NCBI GenBank assembly: GCA_963742735.1
Contig: CAVUMN010000001.1
Coordinates: forward strand, 128,001 to 192,000
DNA length: 64,000 bases
Direction of reading: 5' to 3'
Source: an uncultured Actinomycetes bacterium
Lineage (GTDB): Bacteria; Actinomycetota; UBA4738; JBBDTT01
Under the pieces are notes generated by a model, which saw nothing but the letters and a program-made list of their open reading frames with translations, was not told the origin of the DNA and did no database searches. The translations under genes and the position numbers were made by a program. The stretch's first letter is position 1, and every line of letters starts with the position of its first letter. This document shows positions 20,989 through 29,549 of the stretch, one piece after another.

Positions 20989-21761
20989 GCCGTCCCCGCC
21001 CCGGTGAGCTGGCCAAGCAGGATCGCCGGGTCATCGGCGCGCATGAGGGCCTCGCCCACCAGGATGGCGTCCGCGCCGGCCGCCTCCGCCGCCCGCGCGT
21101 GCTCGGCCGTCGAGATCCCGCTCTCGAGCACACGAAGGCGATCGGCGGGGGCCCGGGCGAGCAGCCCCAGGGCGCGCTCGAAGTTCACCTCGAGGGTCTC
21201 CAGGTCGCGGGCGTTGACCCCGATCAGCTGCGCTCCCGCCTCCACCGCGCGCTGCAGGTCCTCCTCGGTGTGCACCTCCACGAGCGCGTCGAGTCGGGCG
21301 TCCTCCGCGGTCTCGAGCAGATCACGGAGCTCCAGATCCGACACCGCCGAGGTGATGAGCAGGACGGCGTCCGCTCCCTCCACCCGCGACTCCACAACCT
21401 GAGCGGGGTGGACGACGAAGTCCTTGCGAAGCAGGGGGACGTCGGCGCTCCTGCGCGCCAGGCGGAGGTCGGCCAGAGAGCCGTTGAAGTGCCGGGGCTC
21501 GGTGAGCACCGAGATCGCGCTGGCGCCGGCCCTCGCGTAGCCGGCCGCCTGCACCCCCGCGTCGACCTCGGCGATGTGGCCGGCCGACGGCGAAGACCGC
21601 TTGACCTCCGCGATCACGGCCAGCCGGTCTCGGCGGAGCGCGGCGGCGAAGCCACGCGGCTCGGGCGCGGTGACCAGGCGAGCCCGGAGCGACCCTTCGG
21701 GAAGGGGCCGCTCCACGAGATCGCGCCGGAGATCTTCGACGAGTCGGGAGAGGAAGCCCAA
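20985..21761 (-). CDS. trpC: Indole-3-glycerol phosphate synthase
   Basis: [43 protein letters not shown]. Confidence 0.97.
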
Positions 21762-21771
21762 GGGACGCGGA

Positions 21772-22269
21772 TTATAGGTCCGGGCCCCGGTCGGATCCCC
21801 CGAAGCGTCGCGAGGCGAGCAGGACCCCGGCGACCATGGCGACCAGGGCGCCCGCCAGGACGAGGAACGGCGCCAGCGCCGGTGAGACCGACGCGTCGGC
21901 CAGCTCGGAGATCGGCCGGTCGGAGGCTCGGGCGATCGCCTCCAGGGCCAGCGTGCGGATCCGGGCCAGGTGATACAGCCCCCCCATGAACGTGACGCCT
22001 GCGGCGAGCAGGGCCACGACGCCCAGCCAGACCGCGTGACGGGGCATCACCAACATCAGGATTCCGGCGACCAGGATGACGACGCCGGGGATCAGCGTGA
22101 GGTTGGCGCCGAGCTCGAGGCCCAGGACCTGCTGGCGGAAGTCCGGCGGGAACAACGCGAAGACGCGGGTGAGGTCCAGACGGACGGTCGCCCAAGGCAC
22201 CAGCGAACCCGCGATGGTGAGGAGTCCGCCGACGAGGACGCCGAGGGTGGCGCCTCCCGGACGGCGCAT
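21772..22269 (-). CDS. Membrane protein, Trp-biosynthesis-associated membrane protein-like (paralogue 3)
   Basis: 4 hydrophobic helices with GSLVPW motif after TM1; located between trpE and trpC. Confidence 0.65.
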   Translation of the reverse strand: MRRPGGATLGVLVGGLLTIAGSLVPWATVRLDLTRVFALFPPDFRQQVLGLELGANLTLIPGVVILVAGILMLVMPRHAVWLGVVALLAAGVTFMGGLYHLARIRTLALEAIARASDRPISELADASVSPALAPFLVLAGALVAMVAGVLLASRRFGGSDRGPDL

Positions 22270-22296
22270 GGCTGCGTGGCCCCGAGGACGCCCGGC

Positions 22297-22971
22297 CTAC
22301 GGGCCGGTCGGCGGTGGCGCCTCGCCCGGTCCCCCGGAGGACTCGGACGAAGGGGGGGCCGCAGGCGGAAAGCCCGTCGCGGTGGTGGGCGGCGGGGCAG
22401 GCGGCGCCATCCCGGGGGGCGAGGCCATGCCCGCCGGCGCTGCCGTCAGGGCCTCCGGGCGGCTTCCACGCGTCCCGAGCACGCCTCCGATGAAGACGAG
22501 CAGGCCGCCGGCGAGGATCGCGTACACGCCGAAGGCGGCCTTCACGTCGAAGACCTCCTTCAGCTGCGGCTCGATCGTCGATGCGGACTGGCCGCTGACC
22601 TTCGCGATCTCGTCGGCGAGCTGGCTGATCGTCGCGTCGGCGATGGCGAGCGTCTCCAGGATGCCGATCGCCAGCGCGGCCGCGCCGAGGACGATGGTGA
22701 GCACGGCCGCGGCCCGCCGGCCCTTCGACGACGCGCGCGAGAGGAGGATGCCACCGGCCCCCGCGGCCAGGATCCCGAAGGCCAGCACCACGTAGCCGAA
22801 CACGTAGTCGGTGCCCTTGAAGGTCTGGCTGGAGGCCGCCCCCAGCTCCGCGGGGAGGTCCGACGTGATCTTGCTCCACGGAAGCAGCGAGGACGCCACG
22901 AGCACCAGTCCGCCGACGATCGCCAGAATGGCCCCCACCGGGGATCGCCGTTCGATTGCCTCCACGCCCAT
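22297..22971 (-). CDS. Membrane protein, Trp-biosynthesis-associated membrane protein-like (paralogue 2)
   Basis: 4 TM, SSLLPW...G.D motif, Pro-rich tail. Confidence 0.7.
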   Translation of the reverse strand: MGVEAIERRSPVGAILAIVGGLVLVASSLLPWSKITSDLPAELGAASSQTFKGTDYVFGYVVLAFGILAAGAGGILLSRASSKGRRAAAVLTIVLGAAALAIGILETLAIADATISQLADEIAKVSGQSASTIEPQLKEVFDVKAAFGVYAILAGGLLVFIGGVLGTRGSRPEALTAAPAGMASPPGMAPPAPPPTTATGFPPAAPPSSESSGGPGEAPPPTGP

Positions 22972-22972
22972 G

Positions 22973-23551
22973 TCAGTCCTCCTCGGAGTCGTCGGCTGGT
23001 GGGGTCGGCGTATTCTGCGCGCCGTCCGGTGCCGCGTCCAGAACGCGAGCCGCCGCCGCGGCCGTGGAGGCGCGATCCCGGGCGCCGATCAGGCCGGCCA
23101 TGCCCCCGGCGGCGGCGAGCACCCCGCCGGCAGCCACGAGGATCACCCCGAACCGGGGTGACACGTCCGGGGCTCGCCGGCCGCTGAAGCCGAAGTTGAC
23201 ACCCGGACGGCGCGTGGCGTCCGCGGCCAGGCGCGAGCGAACCCCCTCGTCGCTCGCCGCGACGTAGATCGAGATCCCGGCCGCGGTGAGTCCACCCACG
23301 ATCGTCAGCACCGCGAGGAGCGCCCGCGCTCGGGGGCTCGACGCGGCCAGCATCAGCAGCCCGGCCGCGAGGGCGACCAGCCCGCCCGAGACCGTGAGGT
23401 TCGCGAACAGCTCCGTGCCGTTCACGTCCACCACCGCGCGTCTCGTGGTCACGCGAACCCACGTGAGGACCGAGCCGTACGCGGCGGCGCTGCCGCCGAC
23501 CGCGGCGAGGGCCACTCCCCATCGGACGAGGCGCGGCGACCCGGAGGTCAC
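22973..23551 (-). CDS. Membrane protein, Trp-biosynthesis-associated membrane protein-like (paralogue 1)
   Basis: 4 TM, GSVLTWVRV...V.G.E motif; overlaps the trpE stop, the position this family occupies in actinomycete trp operons. Confidence 0.75.
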   Translation of the reverse strand: MTSGSPRLVRWGVALAAVGGSAAAYGSVLTWVRVTTRRAVVDVNGTELFANLTVSGGLVALAAGLLMLAASSPRARALLAVLTIVGGLTAAGISIYVAASDEGVRSRLAADATRRPGVNFGFSGRRAPDVSPRFGVILVAAGGVLAAAGGMAGLIGARDRASTAAAAARVLDAAPDGAQNTPTPPADDSEED

Positions 23552-24996
23552 GCGCGCCCCCCCGAGCCCAGCTGGGCCGCGGCGCCCACCGCCGCCAGAA
23601 GGGCCTCCGCCTTGTCGCGGGTTTCCTTCGCCTCCGCGACCGGGTCGGAGTCGGCCACGATGCCCGCTCCGGCCTGCACGTGCGCTCGCCCCTCGTGGAA
23701 GAGCACCGTCCGCAGCGTGATGCAGGTGTCCAGGTTCCCGGCGAGGTCGAAGTACCCCACCGCGCCGGCGTACGGGCCGCGCGACACGGGCTCGACCTCG
23801 TCGATGATCTGCATGGCCCGCACCTTTGGTGCCCCGGACACGGTCCCCGCGGGAAACGCGGCCGCGAAGGCGTCCAGGGCGGTACGCCCCGCCGCCAGGC
23901 GCCCGGACACTCTCGACGCGATGTGCATGACGTGCGAGTAGCGCTCGATCACCATGAGGTCGTCGACGCTGACGGTCCCGGGCGCGCTCACCCGGCCGAG
24001 GTCGTTGCGAGCCAGATCGACGAGCATCACGTGCTCGGCCCGTTCCTTGGGGTCGGCCATGAGCTCGGCCTCGAGCGCGCGATCCTCCGCCTCGTCCCTC
24101 CCGCGTCGGCGGGTCCCCGCGATCGGGTGGGTGACCGCGACGTCGCCCTGGACCTTCACCAGGACCTCCGGCGAGGATCCGGCGACCTGCACGCCCTCCA
24201 GGTCGAGGAAGTACATGTACGGCGACGGATTGATCGTCCGGAGCGCACGGTAGACGTCGAAGGGATCACCCGGCGCCTCGGCGGTGAACCGTCTGGACAG
24301 CACGACCTGAAAGATGTCGCCGGCGAACACGTGCTCCTTCGCGTCCTCCACCCACCCCGCGTAGGTCTCGTCGTCGACGTTCGGCGTCGAAGGGATCGGC
24401 GCGGGGCGCAGCAGCTCGCGCGGCTCGTCGGCCCGCGCGCTGAACAACCGCGCCGCCAGATCGTCGATGGCCGCGACCGCGGCGTCGTGGTCGGCGCCCG
24501 GGTCCGCCGGACGGACGACGTTCGCCACGATCGTGACGGTCTGCTTGAGGTGGTCGAAGGCGACCACGAGGCGGGGGAACATCAACGCGGTGTCGGGGAT
24601 GCCGAGGTCGTCGGGGGGCGGCGGGCCGAGCCGTTCGAGCTCTCGGATCGTGTTGTAGCCGATCCACCCGACCAACCCGGAGTGCAGGGGTGGCAGGCCG
24701 GGGAGATCGGGCGCGCTGAGGCCCTCCAGCCGCTCGCGGATCCCGTCCAGCACTCCCCCCGCCTCGGCGCCCGGATCGACGCGCATGGTCATCGCGGGCG
24801 AGATCCCGATGAACGAGAACCGGCCCCAACGCTCGCCATGCTCGACGCTCTCCAGCAGGAAGGAGGAGGGCTCGCGGATCGCGCGGTAGGCGCCCACCGG
24901 GGTGAGGGTGTCGGCGAAGAACGACCGCGCTACCGGGATCACGGTGTGCTCGGCGGCGAGGGCCTGGAAGGTCTCACGATCGGGGAACGCGCTCAC
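23548..24996 (-). CDS. trpE: Anthranilate synthase component I
   Basis: FLLESVE, GDIFQVVLS, NPSPYMY, PIAGTRRRG, AEHVMLVDLARNDL, FPAGTVSGAPK, QAGAGIV. Confidence 0.96.
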   Translation of the reverse strand: MSAFPDRETFQALAAEHTVIPVARSFFADTLTPVGAYRAIREPSSFLLESVEHGERWGRFSFIGISPAMTMRVDPGAEAGGVLDGIRERLEGLSAPDLPGLPPLHSGLVGWIGYNTIRELERLGPPPPDDLGIPDTALMFPRLVVAFDHLKQTVTIVANVVRPADPGADHDAAVAAIDDLAARLFSARADEPRELLRPAPIPSTPNVDDETYAGWVEDAKEHVFAGDIFQVVLSRRFTAEAPGDPFDVYRALRTINPSPYMYFLDLEGVQVAGSSPEVLVKVQGDVAVTHPIAGTRRRGRDEAEDRALEAELMADPKERAEHVMLVDLARNDLGRVSAPGTVSVDDLMVIERYSHVMHIASRVSGRLAAGRTALDAFAAAFPAGTVSGAPKVRAMQIIDEVEPVSRGPYAGAVGYFDLAGNLDTCITLRTVLFHEGRAHVQAGAGIVADSDPVAEAKETRDKAEALLAAVGAAAQLGSGGRA

Positions 24997-25694
24997 GACC
25001 GCAGTGCCTCCCCCAGGTCGAGGCCTGCCTCGTACAGGGCGGTGCCGACGATGGCCCCCTCGATCTCGAGCGCCGCCAGCGAGTCCAGGTCGTCCCGCGA
25101 ACGGACGCCGCCGGAGGCGATGATCGCGCCGGGGAAGGCCGCGGCCAGGGCCCGGAGGCCGTCGAGGTCGGGGCCGCGCATCGCCCCGTCGCGAGAGACG
25201 TCGGTGTAGACGACGCGGGGACATCCCGCGTCGCCCAGCCAGCCCACGGCCTCGTCCAGCTCGGGACCGGGCACCCCCGAGCCCCTGGGCACGATCCGGC
25301 TGCCGCGCACGTCGAGGCCCACCGCGACGGTCTCGCCCAGCGCGCTTAGGCAGGCTTCGACCGAGGCGCGATCGGTGAGCGAGGAGGCACCGATCACCGC
25401 GCGGCTCGCGCCCGCGTCGAGCGCCGCCTCGACCTCGCGGGGCGACAGGCCTCCCCCGGCCTGGACCTGCACCGGCAGCGCCGCGACCTGGCGCAGCAGG
25501 TCGACGTTCGAGGCGCCGGAGCCGAACGCCGCGTCCAGATCCACGAAGTGGATCCACCGCGCCCCCTGCGCCACGAACGCCTCCGCCACGCTCATCGGGT
25601 CCCCCGAATACACGTGCAGCGTGCCCGGATCGCCCGTCCGCAGCCGCGCGATCCGGCCCCCCATCACGTCGATCGCCGGAATGACCTCAAACAC
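24993..25694 (-). CDS. priA: HisA/PriA-family phosphoribosyl isomerase in the trp operon (probable TrpF function)
   Basis: IPAIDV, HFVDLD, TDVSRDG...GP, ASGGV, IVGTALY; coupled to trpE through GTGA; -10 TAGGCT 7 nt before the GTG. Confidence 0.9.
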   Translation of the reverse strand: MFEVIPAIDVMGGRIARLRTGDPGTLHVYSGDPMSVAEAFVAQGARWIHFVDLDAAFGSGASNVDLLRQVAALPVQVQAGGGLSPREVEAALDAGASRAVIGASSLTDRASVEACLSALGETVAVGLDVRGSRIVPRGSGVPGPELDEAVGWLGDAGCPRVVYTDVSRDGAMRGPDLDGLRALAAAFPGAIIASGGVRSRDDLDSLAALEIEGAIVGTALYEAGLDLGEALRS

Positions 25695-25742
25695 GCCCGC
25701 CAGCCTACCGGGCCTCCTCCCGACGGGGCCGGAACAGCCGTT

Positions 25743-25857
25743 TCTCGTTGGGGTGGTCCAGGGCGTCTGATGCACGTGGCGGTCCGTGACTTTCGCCGGC
25801 CGGGTGTGCTGCCGCGCGAGCCATCGGGTTGCGTCGTTCGTTGACCACCCAACCAGA
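25743..25857. repeat. Imperfect inverted-repeat element of about 115 bp (MITE/REP-like)
   Basis: TCTCGTTGGGGTGGTC (25743-25758) versus GACCACCCAACCAGA (25843-25857), with inner GATGCA/TGCGTC pairing. Confidence 0.45.
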
Positions 25858-25870
25858 CAGAGGCGACCGG

Positions 25871-28800
25871 TTAGCCGACGGGGGCGAGTTCCCGGCGGGC
25901 GGCCTGGGGGCCGAGGAGGGTGCGGAGCTCGCTGAGGAGGCCTTCGGAGCCGTCGACGCGGTAGCCGTCGCCGAGGCGGAGGCGCTTGGTGACCTCGCCG
26001 TGGGAGGTGAGGTGGAGGCGGACGTCGCCCGTGCCGGGGTGCGCGGAGAGGACCTCCTTCAGCTTGTCGATGAGGGCGGGGGTGCAGACGTCCACGGGAA
26101 GGGTCACGACGATCGGGTCGAGGAAGGTGGGAGCCGGGGGTTCGGCGCCGTCCGGGCCCGAGAGGTCCGGGGCGCTGACCTCGAGCGCCACCAGCTGCAT
26201 CTCGCGCATCCGGAGGTCCACCCGGCCCTTGACCAGCACGATCTGGTCCTGCTGGCACAGCTCCATCGCCTTCTCGTAGGTGGAGGGAAACGCGACGACC
26301 TGGACGCCGCCCTCCAGGTCCTCCAGCCGGAACACCACGTACGGCTCGGTGTTGCGGGTGAACTTGCGCTGGACGTTACCGATGATCCCGCCGACGGTGA
26401 CGACGTCGCCGTCGAGCGCCTCCTCGAGGCCCGGGATGTCCTTGGTGGCCTGGGCGGCCAGCCGCTCCCTGATCGCCAGCAGCGGGTGGTCGGTCACGAA
26501 CTGGCCGAGGATCTCCTTCTCGCGGCGCAGCAGCTCGTCCTTCGAGAACTCCACCCGGTCGATCACCGACTCGTCGATCGCCCGCGATTCGTCGTCCGCG
26601 CCGCCGAACAGCGAGAACTGTCCTGCCGCCTCGGCCCGGCGTTCGGCCAGGATCGGACCGGAAACCTTGTCGTAGGTCTCCAGCAAGCCGCGGCGCGCGT
26701 AGCCGAGGCTTTCGAAGGCGCCGGCGAGGATCAGCGACTCCAGGACCTTCTTGTGCAGCAGGGACGGGTCGACCTTGCGGCAGAAGTCGGTGAAGGTGGT
26801 GAACGCGCCCTTCGCGTTGCGCGCGTCGATGATCTGCTGGACCGCGCCGCCTCCCACGTTGCGCACGGCCGACAGGCCGTAGCGGATCTCCTCTGGGGGG
26901 GCGTCGTCGGGCATCAGCACCGGCGTGAAGTCCTGCTCGGAGCCGTTCACGTCCGGCGGCAGCACCTGGATGCCCATCAGCCGCGCGGTGTTCAGGTAGT
27001 AGGGCTTGCGGTCCTTGTCGTCCTTGACGCTCGTCAGCAGCGCCGACACGTACTCGACCGGATGATGGGCCTTGAGGTAGGCGGTCTGGTAGGCGACGAG
27101 CGCGTACCCGCAGGCGTGCGACGCGTTGAAGCCGTAGTCGGCGAACGGGGCGATGAGCTCGAACACCTTGGTGGCGAGCTTCTCCTCGTAGCCGTTGGCG
27201 ACGGCGCCCTCGACGAACTTCGCGCGATGCGGGATCAGCACCTCTCGGATCTTCTTGCCCATGGCCTTGCGGAGCGTGTCGGCCTCGCCGAGCGTGTAAC
27301 CGGCCAGCCGGACCGCGACCTGCATGACCTGCTCCTGATAGACGATCACCCCGTAGGTCTTGCCGAGGATCTCCTCGAGGTCGGGATGGGGGTACTCCAC
27401 CTCGTTGCGGCCGTGCTTTCGCTCGGCGTACTCGGTGTGCATGTTCTGGCTGAGCGGCCCCGGGCGGTACAGCGCGACCAGGGCCATGAGGTCCTCGAAC
27501 CGGTTGGGCAGCAGCTGGCGGATCAGGGAACGCATTCCGCCGCCCTCCAGCTGGAACACGCCGGTCGTGTCGCCGGCCTGGAGCATGGCGTAGGTGCGCT
27601 CGTCCTCGAGCGGCAGGTGATCGACGTCGAGCTCGACCCCACGGCGGCGGAGCAGCGCGATCGTGTCCTCGATCACGGAGAGCGTCCGCAGGCCCAGGAA
27701 GTCCATCTTCAGCAGGCCCAGCTTCTCGACGCCGTGCATGTCGAACTGGGTGACCACGCGGCGGGAGTCGTCGCGGGAGTCCTTCGAGAGCTTGAGCGGC
27801 AGGTAGTTCACGAGCGGGGCGTCGCCGATCACCACACCGGCGGCATGGATCGAGTCCTCGCGGTGCAGGCCCTCGAGCGCGCGGGCCGTGTCGATGATCT
27901 CGCGAGCCTCGGACTCGTTCTCGTAGGCGTTGTAGAGGTCCGCCGCCTTCTCCATGGCGTCCTGGATCGAGTACTCGCGACCGAGGACCGCCGCCGGATA
28001 CAGCTTGGCGAGCCGGTCTCCGACGCTCGCCGGGTAGCCCAGCACCCGCGCGGCGTCGCGGATCCCCTGCTTCCCCTTGATCGTCTGGAACGTGATGATC
28101 TGGGCGACGTGGTCGCTGCCGTACTTGTCGGCCACGTAGCGGATGACCTCGTCACGCCGGCGCTCGTCGAAGTCCATGTCGATGTCCGGCATCTGCTTCC
28201 GGTCGGGGTTCAGGAACCGCTCGAAGATCAGCCCGTAGCGCAGCGGGTCGATGTCGGTGATCTCCAGCGAGTACGACACGACCGAGCCCGCGGCCGAGCC
28301 TCGACCGGGCCCGACCCGGATGCCGCGCGACCTCGCGAAACGGATGAGGTCCCACACCACCAGGAAGTACCCGGCGAACCCCATCGAGCAGATGATCGAG
28401 AGCTCGTGGTCGATCCGCTCCCGGATGTCTCGGCTCAGGGGGTCGCCGTACCGGCGGGCGGCGCCCTCGGCCACCAGCCGGCTGAGGTGCGACTCCAGCG
28501 ACTCCCCGGCCGGCGGCTCGAACTGCGGCAGGTGGTAGGCGCCGAACTTGAGCTTCAGGTCGCACATCTCGGCGATCGCCAACGTGGCGTCGCACGCCTC
28601 GGGGAGCTCCGCGAACAGCGTCCGCATCTCCCCCGAGGACTTCATGAAGAACTCCTGCGTGTCGAACTTCAGCCGCCGTGTGTCGGTCTGGACCTTCTGC
28701 TGCTGGATGCACAGCAGGACGTCGTGCGCGGTCGAGTGCGACTGGTCGGTGTAGTGGGTGTCGTTGGTGGCCACCAGGGGCATCCCGAGCTTCCTGGAGA

Positions 28801-29404
28801 TCTCGACCAGCCCGCGGTTCGCCGTGCGCTGCTCCTCGATGCCGTGCTCCATGACCTCCAGGAAGAAGTTCTCGGGCCCGACGATGTCGCGGTACTCGGC
28901 GGCGGCGCGCTCGGCGGCGTCCATCCGGCCGGAGACGATCATCTTCGCCGTCTCGCCGGCCAGGCAGCCGGAGAGCACGATCAGGCCCTCGGCGTGCTCG
29001 GCGAGGATCTCCTTGTCGATGCGGGGACGGGCGAACACGCCGGCGCCGAAGAACCCCTCCAGCCATCCCGCGGACACGAGCCGCAGCAGGTTCCGGTAGC
29101 CGGTCTCGTTCTTCGCCAGGATCGTGAGGTGGCGGTAGGCCTCCTCACCCTCCTGGCGGTTGCGGTCGAACCGCGAGCGGGGGGCCACGTAGGCCTCGAC
29201 GCCGATGATCGGCTTGACCCCGGCCTCGACCCCCGCGTTGTAGAAGTCGAGCGCGCCGTACATGGCGCCGTGGTCGGTGACGGCCAGCGCGGGCATGCCG
29301 TGCTCGGCGGCCCGCGCGAACATCTCCGGGATCCGGCTGGCCCCGTCCAGCAGCGAGAACTCGCTGTGCACGTGCAGGTGGACGAAGCCGGACTCGGAAC
29401 TCAT
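25871..29404 (-). CDS. dnaE: DNA polymerase III alpha subunit (replicative)
   Basis: PHP domain FVHLHVHSEFSLLDG...TDHG...ATNDTHY, GRGSAAGS, MPDIDMDF, LKMDFLGL, YGFNASH, C-terminal OB fold; no intein. Confidence 0.98.
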   Translation of the reverse strand: MSSESGFVHLHVHSEFSLLDGASRIPEMFARAAEHGMPALAVTDHGAMYGALDFYNAGVEAGVKPIIGVEAYVAPRSRFDRNRQEGEEAYRHLTILAKNETGYRNLLRLVSAGWLEGFFGAGVFARPRIDKEILAEHAEGLIVLSGCLAGETAKMIVSGRMDAAERAAAEYRDIVGPENFFLEVMEHGIEEQRTANRGLVEISRKLGMPLVATNDTHYTDQSHSTAHDVLLCIQQQKVQTDTRRLKFDTQEFFMKSSGEMRTLFAELPEACDATLAIAEMCDLKLKFGAYHLPQFEPPAGESLESHLSRLVAEGAARRYGDPLSRDIRERIDHELSIICSMGFAGYFLVVWDLIRFARSRGIRVGPGRGSAAGSVVSYSLEITDIDPLRYGLIFERFLNPDRKQMPDIDMDFDERRRDEVIRYVADKYGSDHVAQIITFQTIKGKQGIRDAARVLGYPASVGDRLAKLYPAAVLGREYSIQDAMEKAADLYNAYENESEAREIIDTARALEGLHREDSIHAAGVVIGDAPLVNYLPLKLSKDSRDDSRRVVTQFDMHGVEKLGLLKMDFLGLRTLSVIEDTIALLRRRGVELDVDHLPLEDERTYAMLQAGDTTGVFQLEGGGMRSLIRQLLPNRFEDLMALVALYRPGPLSQNMHTEYAERKHGRNEVEYPHPDLEEILGKTYGVIVYQEQVMQVAVRLAGYTLGEADTLRKAMGKKIREVLIPHRAKFVEGAVANGYEEKLATKVFELIAPFADYGFNASHACGYALVAYQTAYLKAHHPVEYVSALLTSVKDDKDRKPYYLNTARLMGIQVLPPDVNGSEQDFTPVLMPDDAPPEEIRYGLSAVRNVGGGAVQQIIDARNAKGAFTTFTDFCRKVDPSLLHKKVLESLILAGAFESLGYARRGLLETYDKVSGPILAERRAEAAGQFSLFGGADDESRAIDESVIDRVEFSKDELLRREKEILGQFVTDHPLLAIRERLAAQATKDIPGLEEALDGDVVTVGGIIGNVQRKFTRNTEPYVVFRLEDLEGGVQVVAFPSTYEKAMELCQQDQIVLVKGRVDLRMREMQLVALEVSAPDLSGPDGAEPPAPTFLDPIVVTLPVDVCTPALIDKLKEVLSAHPGTGDVRLHLTSHGEVTKRLRLGDGYRVDGSEGLLSELRTLLGPQAARRELAPVG

Positions 29405-29456
29405 CCCTCTCCGCGGAGTCTCCCTCTGGGCACTGACACGGCTGCCGGCGGTCGCA

Positions 29457-29488
29457 TGTGGAAACCCTTGGGGAACCCCTGGGGATAA
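29457..29488. promoter_or_regulatory. Three DnaA-box-like repeats in the dnaE/nuclease divergent promoter
   Basis: TGTGGAAAC (29457), TGGGGAACC (29469), TGGGGATAA (29480; reverse complement TTATCCCCA, one mismatch to TTATCCACA). Confidence 0.5.
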
Positions 29489-29505
29489 CTCACACGCTTG
29501 TAATT
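29488..29505. promoter_or_regulatory. McdR-type operator (AATnACA-N4-TGTnATT)
   Basis: ACTCACA-CGCT-TGTAATT, one mismatch to the consensus. Confidence 0.55.
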
Positions 29506-29549
29506 CCGGGGCCTGCAGCATACCCTCCCGGCTCAGATCGGAGGGCAAG

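Noticed and set aside
25695-25870. Trp leader peptide/attenuator upstream of priA-trpE
   Set aside because: Only scattered Trp codons in a frame without a good start; no tandem Trp codons or terminator; a -10 sits 7 nt before the priA start.
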